A stretch of DNA of 64,000 bases from Eledone cirrhosa (taxonomy: Eukaryota), in NCBI GenBank assembly GCA_964016885.1, contig OZ024746.1:31620001-31684000 (forward strand), written 5' to 3'. Below, one piece after another: positions 61,800 through 64,000 of this stretch. Each line of letters starts with the position of its first letter. Positions within the stretch are counted from its first letter, which is position 1. The notes under the pieces are model-generated. The model made no database searches. It saw only the letters and a program-made list of their open reading frames with translations, and was not told the origin of the DNA. A program made the position numbers and the translations under genes.

Positions 61800-63158
61800 G
61801 GTGGTGGATTGGCAGTATCGGTAGAGGGCCAGATGCCATGCTTTGCAGCATAGACTTACAGCCCTTTATGATGATGATGATCATCATCATCATCGTTTAA
61901 CATCCATCTTCCACGCTAGCATGGGTTTGGACGTGAATTGTCCCACTTGAGGCAAGATTGGTTGTCTTGCTCGTATAGGACTGTCTAGCAGGTTTTCTAC
62001 GGCTGGATGCCCTTCCTAACACCAACCACGTTTACAGTGTGGACTGGGAGGTTTTTACCGTGTTACCTACATGGCCACATTACAGTGTGGACTGTGTGAT
62101 TTTTTGTCGTGACACCTACACGACCTCATTTATTTAGGACTGGAAGTTGTGGTACCAACATAACTTTACATCGAAAGGGGTGGGGGTAGGGGTAGTGGGA
62201 CGGGGGTGTATTTTGGTTAAGAGGTGCCTACTGATTGTAGGTTTCACTTTGTACTTAGGCAAGGCGGCTCTTCTGAATTACTGCGTAGTGCCAAAGATCT
62301 CGGTCCAGTGACATTGTCTTGGAGAGGTGTAAGTGTGTGAGGTCGGAATTTATCAAGTCGTCCCAGGTTTTTCTGGGTCTGCCTACTCCGTAGCTACCGT
62401 CTATTTTTATCGCTCTGCACTTTTTTATACAGCTGTCGTCTTTCATGCGCATCACGTGACCATACCAACGTAGTCTTCTCTCGAGTAAACAGCATCTGAT
62501 CCCTCTTATTCCTAATTTCTCACTTAGTTCATTTATGCTTTGTCGTTCACGTATATTACTATTACACATCCAACGGAGCATGCAAGCTTCATTCCTCTCC
62601 AGTCTGCGTAGATCCTCTGCACACAATGTCCATGTCTCACTGCCATGTAACATAGCTGTTCGTATGCAGGCATCATTCAGCCTGCCTTTCATTTTTAGAG
62701 AGAAATCTTTAGCGGCTAATAGTGGTATAAGCTCTCTGAACTTTTCCCATCCCGTTCTGACTCTGGCTACTGTACTTTCAGAACATCCTCCACCACTGCT
62801 GATTTTTTGCCTTTCATCCTTATGAGGGTCAATAAAATAAACTACCAGTCACACACTGGGGTCAATTTGATCGACTCTCCTCTCCCCCAAAATTGCTGGC
62901 CTTGTGCCTATATAAGAAACCATTATAGTAGAGCTGTGAAGGGCAGTGGATTGGCAGCATTGTTATAACATCAAACAACATAGTCTCTGGCATATAGTTA
63001 TGGTTAATTCTGAATTCAAATCCAGCCGAGGTTAGCTTTGCCTTTCATCTTTATGGGGATCAATAAAATAAAGTACCAGAGTTGCACTGAGATCGCTTTA
63101 ATCAAATTTCCCCTTCCCTTGAAATTGCTGGCTTTGTGCCAAATGTAGAAACAATTAT
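61800..63158 (+). mobile_element. Two tandem family-1 SINEs; the first is split by an RTE family B insertion
   Basis: SINE head 61800-61868 resumes at ~62805-62925; second SINE 62941-63158; ATT(G/A)TAGTAG(G/A)GCT repeated at three junctions. Confidence 0.8.
61869..62800 (-). mobile_element. 5'-truncated RTE LINE (family B)
   Basis: ORF 62255..62692 near-identical to the RTE part of 20672..21154; same 3' UTR; (GAT)n tail. Confidence 0.93.
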
Positions 63159-63688
63159 AGTAGAGCTAACCTATTGAGAATTTTCCTATCAAAAGATAAG
63201 TTGGAGACTATCCTGATTATATTTGTTCCTAGGTTTCTAATTGTATCTGTAAAGTTATTGGGGTTCTTATTGATATATAATGGCTCTGTATTCAGTTTCC
63301 TATAAAAAGGGATGATAACATGTTATAATATTTAATTCAATGTCTACAAAATGAACTATTGTTAGTTTGGTGGAGATAATTATATTTAAGTCAAACTCTT
63401 GGAATATGCATAGCAGTCCCTTTCTGAATCTGTTCATTGTGTGGCATTTCATATTTTGTGAGACTGCCCACTGAGGAGATTTGGGATTTCCTAGGGCATG
63501 GTATATATATATAGGGTTATGGTTAGGGTTCCCTAACCTTAACCTTATATGGGGCTTACCACCTATGATTTCAAAGAATGGTATATCTGGAAAATATCCT
63601 GCAGAAATTACTGCCTATCTCAAGTTACATAACTTGATAGGGAGTCAATTAAATGATCCAGTGTTAATAAGATCATCACTGTGTTAAT

Positions 63689-64000
63689 TAATAATAATAA
63701 TAATAATAATAATGATTTCTTTATTAACCACAAGGGTTTACATAAAGTAGACATTAAGGACAGTGCAGGACAATGCAGGACGGTACAAATGGGCATTTCT
63801 GCGTGTAAAAAACAAAAACAGAGGATGTAACAAAAAATAACAATGAAAAATTCCCCAATAGGGGGGAGACTTCGGAGGGACATTTGTGGAGAAAGCCCAG
63901 TAAAAAGCCACAATGACCCTGACCACCAAGGCAAGTGCCCTCTCCCAGTTTTCCACCTTTAATTTACAGATATATACTCAGAGTAGGCCCATTCACTCGG
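63689..64000 (-). mobile_element. 3' end of a LINE with (ATT)n tail (clade unassigned)
   Basis: On -: ORF-end-like RVNGPTLSIYL*, UTR, AATAAA, then (ATT)n; runs off the window. Confidence 0.45.

Overview
Eukaryotic, AT-rich, repeat-dense genomic DNA, most likely from a cephalopod (Octopus-like). This is inferred from [21 protein letters not shown] C2H2 zinc-finger remnants, abundant microsatellites and the SINE/RTE repertoire. The only intact host genes are two tandem, + strand, five-coding-exon cytosolic sulfotransferase (SULT)-fold genes (6434-11572, 298 aa; 19586-25683, 299 aa). Both have clean GT-AG introns, yet both lack several residues normally required for PAPS-dependent sulfo-transfer. 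The rest is mobile DNA: several RTE-clade LINE families, two Ty3/Gypsy elements, Penelope-like elements, tRNA-derived SINEs, piggyBac- and mariner-type MITEs, a CRE-like fragment and mini/microsatellites. Most notable observations: (1) the two candidate pseudo-sulfotransferases; (2) a ~3.8-kb segment (25594-29406) re-inserted nearby in inverted, circularly permuted form (29868-38533), consistent with a circular DNA intermediate; (3) Penelope pseudo-LTRs carrying a minimal hammerhead-like fold with a non-canonical core, one inside a 289-bp near-perfect intronic palindrome; (4) a covarying H-type pseudoknot module in RTE UTRs. All alignments were done by eye, so boundaries of degenerate repeats are approximate.
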